NCBI GenBank assembly: GCA_031370005.1
Contig: JANMPT010000043.1
Span: 1 to 64,000 of the forward strand
Length of the DNA: 64,000 nt
Direction of reading: 5' to 3'
DNA from: Bdellovibrionales bacterium
GTDB taxonomy: Bacteria > Bdellovibrionota > Bdellovibrionia > Bdellovibrionales > Bdellovibrionaceae
This document shows, piece after piece, positions 49,585 to 59,024 of this stretch (position 1 is its first letter; each line of letters starts with the position of its first letter). Position numbers and translations under genes: made by a program. Below the pieces are notes generated by a model. It was not told where the DNA came from, made no database searches, and saw only the letters and a program-made list of their open reading frames with translations.

Positions 49585-50589
49585 ATGGTATGTAAGAGCT
49601 TAACGAAGAACCCTAAAGAGCGAAAAATTCTTGTCATTGATGATGATAGTGATAGTCGGGAAATCATTCTCGAACCCTTACGTTGGGAACATTATGACGC
49701 CCGTGGCGTGGCCTCTGGCGCTGAAGCATTGTCACTTATGGAAACTTGGATCCCAAATATTATTATATTAGATTGGGCGATCCCAGGGATGTCGGGGATT
49801 CAAGTCCTTCAGACAGTGAGATCGCAGCATCCTCATTTGTCTTGTATTTTTATTTCTGGAAACTCAAGCACAGAGTCGATCATCGAAGCTTTGGATTCTG
49901 GCTCAGATGATTATATCATCAAACCGTTTGTTCCATTGGAACTTTTGGCTCGTATTCGCACTCATTTTCGTATTCGCGATCTTCACTCACAGCTTCTTTT
50001 AGCGAATGAGCGCCTAAAGGAACTCGTCGATACTGACGATCTTACGGGCCTTTTCAACATGCGGTCGCTTTACCAGCGCTTGGACTTTGAGTTGGAGCGC
50101 GGAAAGCGTTTTGGCCGAGACGTTTGCGTTGTTATGATGGATATGGACTACTTTAAGACTGTAAACGATGGCCACGACCACCTGTTTGGAAGCTATGTAC
50201 TTTCAGAGGTGGGTAAAGTTATTAAAATTAACACAAGAAATATTGATATTCCGGCGCGCTACGGAGGCGACGAGTTTTTAGTTGTTTTGATGGAGGTCGA
50301 TCACCGCGGTGCCATACTTTTCTGTGAACGACTTCGCAAAGCTATTGAAGGCCGCACTTTTGTCAGCGGCTCAGACTCGATTAATTTAACGCTTTCACTG
50401 GGCTTTGCGATCACGGTTCCTGGGGAGAGTATCACTGCGCACGAACTTGTTCGTCGGGCGGACCATGCCCTTTATGAGGCTAAACACGCGGGCCGCAATC
50501 AAACAAGATTTTATACGCGTGACACCGATAAAGTCCGTGAGCTTCGAGCCAAACCGTTAGTACCTCGTAAAAAAGTCGCGGGCGGCTAA
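49585..50589 (+). CDS. REC-GGDEF dinucleotide cyclase with Hypr (3',3'-cGAMP) signature; DgcA/Bd0367-like
   Basis: REC domain (IDDD, LDW, KPF), DDLTGL.N, DMDYFK.VND..DHLFGS and RYGGDEF. Confidence 0.9.
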   Translation: MVCKSLTKNPKERKILVIDDDSDSREIILEPLRWEHYDARGVASGAEALSLMETWIPNIIILDWAIPGMSGIQVLQTVRSQHPHLSCIFISGNSSTESIIEALDSGSDDYIIKPFVPLELLARIRTHFRIRDLHSQLLLANERLKELVDTDDLTGLFNMRSLYQRLDFELERGKRFGRDVCVVMMDMDYFKTVNDGHDHLFGSYVLSEVGKVIKINTRNIDIPARYGGDEFLVVLMEVDHRGAILFCERLRKAIEGRTFVSGSDSINLTLSLGFAITVPGESITAHELVRRADHALYEAKHAGRNQTRFYTRDTDKVRELRAKPLVPRKKVAGG

Positions 50590-50630
50590 TTCTCATTGAC
50601 TGAAAGCTTCGAATTTAAGACAAAGCTCTT

Positions 50631-51647
50631 ATGAAACTCACCTCGACCACAGTAAATAGCGATCGTGCTCGGAATAAAGCGGCTTGGATCTCATTTTTTG
50701 CAAGTGTCTTTATTTTTGCGATGAAAGTCGGGGCTTACTACTATACTCATTCGACAGCGGTTTTATCTGATGCTCTTGAGAGTACCGTAAATGTTGTAGC
50801 AGCGGTCGTGGCCTTAATTGTGATTCGAATTGCATCAAAGCCGGCTGACGATGACCATCCATATGGCCACGGAAAGCTTGAGTATTTTTCTGCGGCCTTT
50901 GAGGGTGGACTGATTTTCTTTGCGGCACTTATGATTATTCGTGAGGGTCTTCAGGGTTTATTCATTGGCTCGCAGGTCCAACATTTAGAGTCAGGCTTTC
51001 TGATTATGGGCTTGGCGGCGATTTTCAATTTGGTTTTAGGCATTTATCTGAAGCGGACTGGTGAGCGCGAGAAATCTGAAGCCTTAAAGGCGAGTGGTAT
51101 ACATGTTGTTTCCGATGTGTGGACGACAGTTGGTGTTCTCGGTGGAATTGGTTTGTTAATCCTAACTGGCTGGACATGGTTGGACTCTTTGGTGGCAATT
51201 CTAGTCGGTCTTAACTTGGCTTATGAGGGCTATAAGATTGCTCGGAAGTCAGGCGGAAGTCTTGTAGATGAGGCCGACACAGAGATTTTGATGGATCTTG
51301 CTAAATCTTTGCAGAAAAATCGCAAAGTAGGAATTATTGATATTCATCAGCTTCGGATGATTCGTTCCGGGAGATTCCATCATGTGGATGCGCACCTTGT
51401 GGTCCCGGAGTATTGGAACATTTCGGAAGCTCACAATGTCTGTGAAGCCTTCGAGTCGGCGGTCGTGCATGATTACTCATTCGATGGAGAAATTGCTTTT
51501 CATCTAGATCCCTGTCGTTGCGCATATTGTAGCAGTTGCAATGTTGAAGCTTGTCCGATTCGTCGAGTTTCTTTTGAAACACAAATTCCGTTTACAGTAG
51601 GGTCATTGACTGGTGGCGCTCAAGTAATGGAAAAAGTTGAAATGTAG
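50631..51647 (+). CDS. Cation diffusion facilitator (FieF-like) with Cys-rich C-terminal extension
   Basis: SDALES, PADDDHPYGHGKLEY and H..SD; tail HLDPCRCAYCSSCNVEAC. Confidence 0.92.
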   Translation: MKLTSTTVNSDRARNKAAWISFFASVFIFAMKVGAYYYTHSTAVLSDALESTVNVVAAVVALIVIRIASKPADDDHPYGHGKLEYFSAAFEGGLIFFAALMIIREGLQGLFIGSQVQHLESGFLIMGLAAIFNLVLGIYLKRTGEREKSEALKASGIHVVSDVWTTVGVLGGIGLLILTGWTWLDSLVAILVGLNLAYEGYKIARKSGGSLVDEADTEILMDLAKSLQKNRKVGIIDIHQLRMIRSGRFHHVDAHLVVPEYWNISEAHNVCEAFESAVVHDYSFDGEIAFHLDPCRCAYCSSCNVEACPIRRVSFETQIPFTVGSLTGGAQVMEKVEM

Positions 51648-51649
51648 AT

Positions 51650-52348
51650 ATGTCTAAAACATTCCATCGGCCTCAAATAAATCTAACCCGCACATTGCCA
51701 GTCCCCAATGCCTACACCCTTGCGCTTGACGGCGAGTTTGCTCACGTAGCGTTTAATGAGGAGCGTGCGCCATTGAATAAAGGCAAGTGGCGTTCTGATG
51801 TTTTTAAAGCTAATGAGTCTATGCCAATGGATTTAGAAATTGGTACTGGTGCTGGACACCATTTTGCTTACTATACAAAAGAAAATCCAGATCGTCTGGT
51901 TGTAGGTTTAGAGCTTAAATATAAACCCCTGATTCAAACAATTCGCCGCTCTGTGACGGGCGGCAGTAAAAATTCGGCGGTTGCCCGATACCATGCTTTC
52001 AGTGTTGATGAGCTTTTTGCTGAGGGCGAACTCAATAACGTCTTCATACATTTCCCAGACCCATGGACAAGTCCAAAAAAGCCAGGAAACCGCGTTGTGA
52101 ACTTACGTGTTTTGGATTGGCTGTATAAGCTTCAAAGGCCAGGGTCTCATGTCGATTTTAAAACGGACTCACGAGCTTATTTTCTTTGGGCATTAGAAGA
52201 AATCAAGCAGAGCAAATTTAAAGTCAGCTACCAAACCATGAATTTACATCAGTCTGAGTTTAAGGATCGAAACTTTGTGACCGGCTTCGAGAAGATTTTT
52301 GTAAAGCAGGGCCTTGAAATTAATTACATCCGCCTGACAAAAGAATAA
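51650..52348 (+). CDS. trmB: tRNA (guanine-N7)-methyltransferase
   Basis: LEIGTGAG, G.E, FPDPW, KTD..Y and T.FE. Confidence 0.9.
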   Translation: MSKTFHRPQINLTRTLPVPNAYTLALDGEFAHVAFNEERAPLNKGKWRSDVFKANESMPMDLEIGTGAGHHFAYYTKENPDRLVVGLELKYKPLIQTIRRSVTGGSKNSAVARYHAFSVDELFAEGELNNVFIHFPDPWTSPKKPGNRVVNLRVLDWLYKLQRPGSHVDFKTDSRAYFLWALEEIKQSKFKVSYQTMNLHQSEFKDRNFVTGFEKIFVKQGLEINYIRLTKE

Positions 52349-52357
52349 AATATTTTT

Positions 52358-52645
52358 ATGCCGACGATTCGTTTTAAGAAAAATAAAAATTCAATTGAAG
52401 TTTCTATGGGGGCCACCTTGATGAGCTCTTTGCTAGAGGCGGGGGTTGCGGTAGCATCCTCTTGTGATGCAGAGGGAGTCTGTGCTAAGTGTGGAATCCA
52501 AATCATCGAGGGTGCCGAGAATCTTTCTGCACCTAATGCCACAGAGCTTTTTCTTAAAGAGAAAAACAATATTCAGGCCGGATTTCGCATTAGTTGTCAA
52601 ACGCAGGTTTTTGGGGACCTTGTCCTTGATGTGGGTTATTGGTGA
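52358..52645 (+). CDS. 2Fe-2S ferredoxin
   Basis: C-x5-C-x2-C (CDAEGVCAKC) and RISCQ. Confidence 0.9.
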   Translation: MPTIRFKKNKNSIEVSMGATLMSSLLEAGVAVASSCDAEGVCAKCGIQIIEGAENLSAPNATELFLKEKNNIQAGFRISCQTQVFGDLVLDVGYW

Positions 52646-52686
52646 CATTGGCCTTTTATATTGCTAGTTTTAAGCCACTTTAAGAG

Positions 52687-53646
52687 GTGGCTTATATGGA
52701 TATAAACGCAGACCAAAAAATTGAGAATCTTATTATTATTGGTTCGGGCCCGGCGGGCCTTACTTCTGCTATTTATAGCGCGCGCGCTCGTCTTGACCCG
52801 TTGATGATTGAGGGTGAAGAGGCTGGCGGTCAGTTGATGATTACAACGGAAGTTGAAAACTATCCTGGTTTTGAGCACGGGATTACAGGCCCTGAACTCA
52901 TAGCCGTAATGAGAAAACAAGCAGAAAGATTCGGAACACGTTTTGTTACTCGAAATGTGACAAAAGTGGATTTTTCGCAACGCCCATTTAAAGTTTTTGT
53001 CGGCGATAAACTGTATCTTTCAAAATCAATTATTATTTCTACGGGAGCCAGCGCCCAGTACCTGGGGCTTCCTTCTGAAAAACAATACATGAGTCGCGGA
53101 GTATCTGGCTGTGCGACTTGTGATGGCGCATTCTTTAGGGACATGGATGTTGGTGTTGTGGGTGGTGGCGATACAGCAATGGAGGAGGCTCAGTTCCTGA
53201 CTCGTTTTGCAAAAAATGTTTATGTGATTCATCGCCGCGATCATTTTAGGGCGTCCAAAATTATGGCGGAAAGAACAATAGGCAATCCGAAAATCCAAGT
53301 GCTTTGGAATACGGAAGTGGCCGAAGTTTTGGGTGATGGAAAAAACGTGACGGGTTTGAAACTCAAAGACACAGTGAATGGCTCGACGAAAGACTTGAAG
53401 GCGCAAGGTCTTTTTCTTGCTATTGGGCACAAGCCAACAACGGCCCTGTTCAAAGGTCTATTGGATATGAATGAAACGGGGTACTTGGTGACCAAAGCCG
53501 ATTCCACGTATACAAATATTGAAGGAGTCTTTGCTGCTGGGGACGTACAGGATCACATATATCGTCAAGCGATCACGGCAGCGGGGACCGGATGTATGGC
53601 CGCCATCGACTGTGAAAGATGGTTGGAGACTCAAGCCCACGGATAG
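52687..53646 (+). CDS. trxB: Thioredoxin-disulfide reductase
   Basis: IIGSGPAG, CATCDG, GGGDTAMEEA, HRRD and GVFAAGDV. Confidence 0.97.
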   Translation: MAYMDINADQKIENLIIIGSGPAGLTSAIYSARARLDPLMIEGEEAGGQLMITTEVENYPGFEHGITGPELIAVMRKQAERFGTRFVTRNVTKVDFSQRPFKVFVGDKLYLSKSIIISTGASAQYLGLPSEKQYMSRGVSGCATCDGAFFRDMDVGVVGGGDTAMEEAQFLTRFAKNVYVIHRRDHFRASKIMAERTIGNPKIQVLWNTEVAEVLGDGKNVTGLKLKDTVNGSTKDLKAQGLFLAIGHKPTTALFKGLLDMNETGYLVTKADSTYTNIEGVFAAGDVQDHIYRQAITAAGTGCMAAIDCERWLETQAHG

Positions 53647-53655
53647 ATTGAAAAT

Positions 53656-54153
53656 ATGAAAAACAAGAAGATCAATACGAAGGACCTCATTACTAAAATT
53701 GAAAAAGTCGCCAAGGCGCGAATTGCAAGCCAGCCGGTGGTGTCTTTGGCGGACTTCCGTGATGCCGCTAAAAAAGAGGACCCACGTGTTATTCTTGTGA
53801 TTGAAGATGATGAAACAATGCGCATGGCACTTAAGAGAATTTTTGAATCTGAAGGCTATATCACCAAACTTGCCGCCGATGCCACAGCTCTTTCAGAGGT
53901 TCTCGATGACACACCAATTGATCTAATTTTGATGGATGTGGGGCTTCCCTGGGTAAATGGGTTTGAACTGGCGCAGTTGCTCAAAGAGAACAAAGACCTT
54001 AAGGGAATTCCACTTGTCTTCGTTTCTGGTAAGGCGAGCGATGATGATATGAAGCAGGCTTTCGAGATAGGCGCTGATGATTATATCAGAAAGCCGTTCG
54101 ACGTCGAAAAGCTCCGCAAGACGGTTCGTACTCTTTTAAAACTCAACGAGTAA
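53656..54153 (+). CDS. Single-domain response regulator with an N-terminal extension
   Basis: VIEDD, LMDVGLP..NG and GADDYIRKPF, after a ~44-aa N-terminal segment. Confidence 0.9.
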   Translation: MKNKKINTKDLITKIEKVAKARIASQPVVSLADFRDAAKKEDPRVILVIEDDETMRMALKRIFESEGYITKLAADATALSEVLDDTPIDLILMDVGLPWVNGFELAQLLKENKDLKGIPLVFVSGKASDDDMKQAFEIGADDYIRKPFDVEKLRKTVRTLLKLNE

Positions 54154-55212
54154 TTAATTTCCAATAAACATTGAATTGATACAGTTGTGATTCACGGTTG
54201 GCACTGAGAAGGGCGTTACTCCAACATGAGTTAGGGCTTTGGTCGTTGGATCATAAGTGAATTTTTCAATGGAATTTGCAAAGGCCGTTGTTCCGTTGGC
54301 GACGTATACATAGCCAGTTGTGCTATCATAGGCCATTGCCGTCGGGCCATTTATGACACTTGCGTTTGTGTAAGCTGCGGCTCCCGCAGCAGTTAGAGTA
54401 TGCCCCGCTTCATCGACAGTATATTGCCAAATTTGATTATTGGCCACTGTCGAACTTGAGTAGGCCACTAAGAGATGGTTCATGCTGCTAATATAGATCA
54501 TAGATGTAGGATATGAAGCCGTTGTGGGCGCAGCCACACCTTGATAGCAGGTCGAAGCAGCGGCTGTTGAGCCTGTAGTCATACCAATCCGATTATTGGT
54601 AGATGCGCCGGTAAATGAGTTGGCATACAGAATATCACCAGCTGCAGTAAAGGCGGTGGCTGTAATGGCGTTTGTGGACGTTGCGCAACTTCCTGCTGGA
54701 GCACTTAAAAAGGGCATTGCTGAGCTTGGTAGACGAGCTTTGTTAGAGGCAAAACGCTCAACAGCACTTGATTTGCTTACGAGCAATGTTCCGTCATTAC
54801 CAAGAGTCAGTGTTCGAACGATACTTGTGAGGGCGGTGCTATTTGTTAAAAAATTAACCACTGTCGCGAGTTTTTTATTTACGATTTCAATACGACGACC
54901 ACCGGTGTTTTCCACTAGGACATAGAGATTGTCGTTATCATAGGGGGCAATTGCGACGGGTGTGTCTGTCAAATTGGCAGTATAGTCTATGACCGTTTTA
55001 TCAATGACGCCCGTGTTGAGATTAATTCTAGAAATAGTTTTTGCAGCGCTTGAAGCTGTCAAACCCGTCGGGGCAAAGCAGCCGCCGCTTTGGATGTATA
55101 GGTACCGATCAGAAGAGGCTGCGTCCTCAGTTTTTTTAGGTTGGCAACGGACTCCAAGAACCAAGATCAAGGCACTTGCAATAAATAAAATGAAGAGTCT
55201 GCTGACGATCAT
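54154..55212 (-). CDS. Hypothetical beta-propeller-like lipoprotein/exported protein
   Basis: Start MIVSR after GGGAG; hydrophobic signal ending LGVRC; Ser/Thr/Ala-rich blade-like repeats (PVAIA, PTSMIY, GPTAMAYD..GYVYVAN). Confidence 0.65.
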   Translation of the reverse strand: MIVSRLFILFIASALILVLGVRCQPKKTEDAASSDRYLYIQSGGCFAPTGLTASSAAKTISRINLNTGVIDKTVIDYTANLTDTPVAIAPYDNDNLYVLVENTGGRRIEIVNKKLATVVNFLTNSTALTSIVRTLTLGNDGTLLVSKSSAVERFASNKARLPSSAMPFLSAPAGSCATSTNAITATAFTAAGDILYANSFTGASTNNRIGMTTGSTAAASTCYQGVAAPTTASYPTSMIYISSMNHLLVAYSSSTVANNQIWQYTVDEAGHTLTAAGAAAYTNASVINGPTAMAYDSTTGYVYVANGTTAFANSIEKFTYDPTTKALTHVGVTPFSVPTVNHNCINSMFIGN

Positions 55213-55236
55213 GTTGGTTCTCCCGTTTGGCATATA

Positions 55237-55262
55237 GATCGGCTCTGGTTAAGAAAACTTAA
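55237..55262 (-). promoter_or_regulatory. Putative sigma28 promoter
   Basis: The minus strand reads TTAAG-N15-CCGATC. Confidence 0.55.
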
Positions 55263-55370
55263 CAAGAGGGCGGGTTTTTGTCTCAGCTAGAGAATAAATC
55301 TAGGCCTTTATCCAGAGGATGGTTAAGAAGTCTTTGCAGAACTTGATGCGGATAGCTTTACTGGCGATTT

Positions 55371-56171
55371 TTAACCTGCAGTTTTTTTAAGGCGGCTTTG
55401 TTGAGCTGTATAGTCATTTATGAGCTTGCTTAGTTTTATTGCGGTTTCTTTGTCTTGCTCTAGGAAAACTAAATGCCTTGGGTCGCTGATGTCTCCAATA
55501 ATTTTACCTTTTAAATGCACTCGACTTTGGCGCGGATCTTTTTCGAACTTGTTCACCAGAATCATTTCAAAAGGACGATGAAAAAAATCCTTTGGGATCT
55601 CATCTTCAAGAAGAGTTCCAGTAAGAGAAATATTTCTTGAGTGAGTTCGAAACGAGGTCCCTTTTTTTGTTAAAAGAATGGCCTCAATCTTAAATTCGTG
55701 ACGAGTGGATGTGCGGCGATCTTTCGGGGAGCCGAGCTCACTACGACTGACAACAATCTCTATTGAAGGCTTGTCAGGAAGTCCTGACAGCGTTAAGTCA
55801 TCGCCGTTGAACTCATTATAATAATAGCCATAATCTAAATTTCGGATATCTTCTGCGGCAACCACGTTGGTATAGAAGGGATTTTCGGAGTCCTGGCGTC
55901 GGACCTTAAGAGTGATTTCAGAGAGTATTTGTTTTTCTTTATTAATCAAGGGCTCGGGTGGTTGAGCTTGGACAAAGTATTTCTGACCACTGGAAAGAAA
56001 TTGAATAAGAGGCTGCCACTCTGTCCACCCGGGGGTCCAAATATGATATTGGTGAAGATGACGAACTTTGAAGCTTAGAATCATCATCTGCGCTTGAATA
56101 ATAGACATCGGCTTTGTTTTTTTACTGGTGGCCGTATCGAAGATGAGCCAAATCTTACCTTCAGTTTTCAT
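55371..56171 (-). CDS. PilZ-domain protein with an N-terminal GYF_2-like domain
   Basis: N-terminal W..F......PMS...IWTPGWTEWQP; C-terminal DRRTSTR (RxxxR) and NISLTG. Confidence 0.75.
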   Translation of the reverse strand: MKTEGKIWLIFDTATSKKTKPMSIIQAQMMILSFKVRHLHQYHIWTPGWTEWQPLIQFLSSGQKYFVQAQPPEPLINKEKQILSEITLKVRRQDSENPFYTNVVAAEDIRNLDYGYYYNEFNGDDLTLSGLPDKPSIEIVVSRSELGSPKDRRTSTRHEFKIEAILLTKKGTSFRTHSRNISLTGTLLEDEIPKDFFHRPFEMILVNKFEKDPRQSRVHLKGKIIGDISDPRHLVFLEQDKETAIKLSKLINDYTAQQSRLKKTAG

Positions 56172-56206
56172 ATTCCCCACAACGAAAAAGACCCAGACCT
56201 TATTCT

Positions 56207-56233
56207 TATCGGTTTTAGAGAGTTGTTTATTAA
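56207..56233 (-). promoter_or_regulatory. Putative sigma28 promoter
   Basis: The minus strand reads TTAAT-N16-CCGATAA. Confidence 0.55.
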
Positions 56234-56321
56234 GGAGCAATACACAAATTATCGTGCAAACTATGGAACGTATCGTTTTGAGATATCTTGAAGTGAGTCA
56301 GAAAATTTTAAAATGCCATAT

Positions 56322-57290
56322 CTAAACGCGAATGCATGCCGCCACATGATGGGGGCGTTTTTCCTCAAGTGGTGGAATGATTTTTTTGCAATCTTCAATG
56401 GCCATTGGGCAGCGAGGATGGAAGTGACAGCCTGAAGGAGGATTGATCGGGCTTGGGACGTCGCCAATTAGAATAATGCGCTCTTCTTTGTGCTGGGGAT
56501 CTGGAACTGGGATTGCTGATAACAAGGCGCGGGTGTAAGGATGTTTTGGATATGTGTAGAGCTCCTCAGACTCAGACATTTCAACAATTTTACCCAAATA
56601 CATGACGGCCACTTGCGTAGAAACGTGCTCTACAACTTTCAAGTCATGGGCGATAAAGACATAGGTAAGGCCTAACTTTTTTTGAAGTTCCATCAAAAGA
56701 TTCAGTACCTGGGCTTGAATCGAAACATCCAACGCAGAAACGGGCTCATCACAAACAATAAGCTCTGGATTTACAGCAAGAGCACGAGCTATGCCCACGC
56801 GCTGTCTTTGGCCACCAGAGAACTCATGAGGATAACGGCTCATAGCTTCAGGACGAAGACCCACAAGCTGGGCTAACTCCATTACACGCTCTTTGCGGGT
56901 AGCTTCAGAAGAGTACAGATTGTGGATAATTAAAGGCTCTTCAAGAATCGAACCGATTGTCATACGCGGGTTTAAGCTTGCATATGGATCTTGGAAGATG
57001 ATCTGCATTTTTTTTCGGATTTCACGAAGCTCGTCGCCTTCGATTTTCGTAATGTCATTGCCATTAAAGCGTACGGTTCCAGAAGTTGGATCCAACAAGC
57101 GAATCAAACAGCGACCTAAAGTGGATTTTCCGCAACCAGATTCGCCCACGAGACCGAGGGTCTCACCTTTTTTTAATTTAAAGCTCACATCAGAAACGGC
57201 TTTAACGCTTGCAATTTCACGATTTAAAATTCCCCCATGAATGGGGAAGCTCTTAACTAGATTTTCAACTTCGAGGAGATAGGGGCTCAT
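56322..57290 (-). CDS. oppF: Oligopeptide ABC transporter ATP-binding protein
   Basis: [37 protein letters not shown] and CHFHPRC. Confidence 0.9.
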   Translation of the reverse strand: MSPYLLEVENLVKSFPIHGGILNREIASVKAVSDVSFKLKKGETLGLVGESGCGKSTLGRCLIRLLDPTSGTVRFNGNDITKIEGDELREIRKKMQIIFQDPYASLNPRMTIGSILEEPLIIHNLYSSEATRKERVMELAQLVGLRPEAMSRYPHEFSGGQRQRVGIARALAVNPELIVCDEPVSALDVSIQAQVLNLLMELQKKLGLTYVFIAHDLKVVEHVSTQVAVMYLGKIVEMSESEELYTYPKHPYTRALLSAIPVPDPQHKEERIILIGDVPSPINPPSGCHFHPRCPMAIEDCKKIIPPLEEKRPHHVAACIRV

Positions 57291-58282
57291 TATTTGTCTC
57301 CTTGATCAGCTACGGGATGGAAGCAGGCCGCAAGATGAGCGGCTCGCTTGCTTTCAAGTTTTGGCTCTGCCTGGCGGCAGTCATTTTGAACATTTGGACA
57401 GCGATCCTGGAAGCGGCAACCCTTTGGTAAAGCCAAAAGACTTGGAACCATACCACTGATGGTTTTAAGTTCCGCCAGTTTATGGCCAGTTTCAAAGTGC
57501 GGAATAGAATCCAGAAGTCCTCGAGTATAAGGATGCTTTGGGCGATAAAAAATATCTTCGACCGTGCCGTACTCTACAACTTTTCCTGCGTACATAACCA
57601 CCACGTCTTGACACATCTCCGCGACAACACCCAGATCATGGGTGATCAAGATCATTCCAGCTTTGAAATCTTTTTGTAGCTTGCGCATAAGATCCAAAAT
57701 TTGAGCTTGAATCGTCACATCCAAAGCCGTGGTCGGCTCATCCGCAATCAAAAGTTGAGGATTGCAACTGATCGCCATGGCAATCATCACGCGTTGGCGC
57801 ATACCACCTGAAAGCTGGTGGGGATACTCATTGTAACGCTTTTCAGGAGCTGGGATGCCTACGATACGAAGCATTTCAACGGAACGAGCCTTTACTTCCG
57901 CCTTGCTGAGTTTTGGATAGTGTAGCGCGATGGACTCGCCGATTTGGTTTCCGCAGGTATAAACAGGGTTTAATGAGGTCATGGGTTCTTGAAAGATCAT
58001 TGCGATTTCATTGCCACGGATGCGGCGCATGTCTTCGTCAGAGATTTTTAATAAATCTTTCCCATGATATAAAATTTCGCCAGATTCAATTTTTCCAGGG
58101 CTTTGAATCAGCTTCATGATTGATAAGGAGGTCACGGACTTTCCGCAGCCGGATTCACCAACAATTCCGATGGTTTGACCTTTTTTAACGGCGAAGCTAA
58201 CATCGTCGACAGCGTAAAGGGTGCCCTCGTCGGTATTGAATCGTGTTCTTAGGTTTTTAACTTCTAAAAGGGTCTCGCTCAC
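57290..58282 (-). CDS. oppD: Oligopeptide ABC transporter ATP-binding protein
   Basis: [28 protein letters not shown] and ADEPTTALD. Confidence 0.9.
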   Translation of the reverse strand: MSETLLEVKNLRTRFNTDEGTLYAVDDVSFAVKKGQTIGIVGESGCGKSVTSLSIMKLIQSPGKIESGEILYHGKDLLKISDEDMRRIRGNEIAMIFQEPMTSLNPVYTCGNQIGESIALHYPKLSKAEVKARSVEMLRIVGIPAPEKRYNEYPHQLSGGMRQRVMIAMAISCNPQLLIADEPTTALDVTIQAQILDLMRKLQKDFKAGMILITHDLGVVAEMCQDVVVMYAGKVVEYGTVEDIFYRPKHPYTRGLLDSIPHFETGHKLAELKTISGMVPSLLALPKGCRFQDRCPNVQNDCRQAEPKLESKRAAHLAACFHPVADQGDK

Positions 58283-58338
58283 GGTCTGGTTTCTCCCACT
58301 TTAAAGCCCGTTTCTTATACAAGGCATGAAGCCAGGCA

Positions 58339-59016
58339 TCAACGATTAATCAATTTGTGGATCAGTTTATGGAGCCCAGCATAGCTCTGCAAGGTCGCCA
58401 CGGGATTATATTTTTGTAAAACCTCTATTTTAGAATACCCGAACTCCACGGCAATTGAGCCAACACCAGCGGCTTGGGCTGCTTTCATATCTGGGGTGCC
58501 ATCCCCGATCATAAATGTTGTGGAGGCAGAGTTTCCGGATCGCCTCATCATTTCTTGAAGTGGCAAGGGATGGGGCTTGCGTTCTGTGAGTGTGTCGGCT
58601 CCAAAAACAGCTATCCAGGGGATTGCATCATCGCCATCAAGAAGGCCGCAATGACGAAGGATTTTTTTTGCGGGGCCTTCATTTTTATTGGTCACGATAC
58701 CTTTAGGGCCTGGGTACTCTTGCAAGAACTCCACGGCTCCCGGAAATGGACGAGTCGTTTTGTACATTTCTTCTTCGTAAGTATTTAAAAAATTTTCGTA
58801 AATATGCTGATATTTTTCCAGAGGGCTGTCTTGATGTTCAGGGAAAAAATCACTCAAGAGTTTCTGCAATCCTTCGCCGATATGGTGGACAATCACCTCA
58901 TGAGGTAAAGTTGGCTTGCCATAAAACGCAAGGGTTTTATTCAAAGCCGAAGAAATGTCTTTTGCGGAATCAATCAAGGTTCCATCGAGATCAAAAATAA
59001 GAAGTGGCCAAGTCAT
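58339..59016 (-). CDS. HAD-IA hydrolase, phosphoglycolate-phosphatase-like
   Basis: FDLDGTLIDS, TNK, KPHP and IGD...D. Confidence 0.88.
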   Translation of the reverse strand: MTWPLLIFDLDGTLIDSAKDISSALNKTLAFYGKPTLPHEVIVHHIGEGLQKLLSDFFPEHQDSPLEKYQHIYENFLNTYEEEMYKTTRPFPGAVEFLQEYPGPKGIVTNKNEGPAKKILRHCGLLDGDDAIPWIAVFGADTLTERKPHPLPLQEMMRRSGNSASTTFMIGDGTPDMKAAQAAGVGSIAVEFGYSKIEVLQKYNPVATLQSYAGLHKLIHKLINR

Positions 59017-59024
59017 GAGGCATT

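Noticed and set aside
52358..53646. TrxB-like ferredoxin-NADP reductase paired with the ferredoxin
   Set aside because: The CATC redox motif and NADPH-binding GGGDTA/HRR motifs are intact, so this is a canonical thioredoxin reductase.
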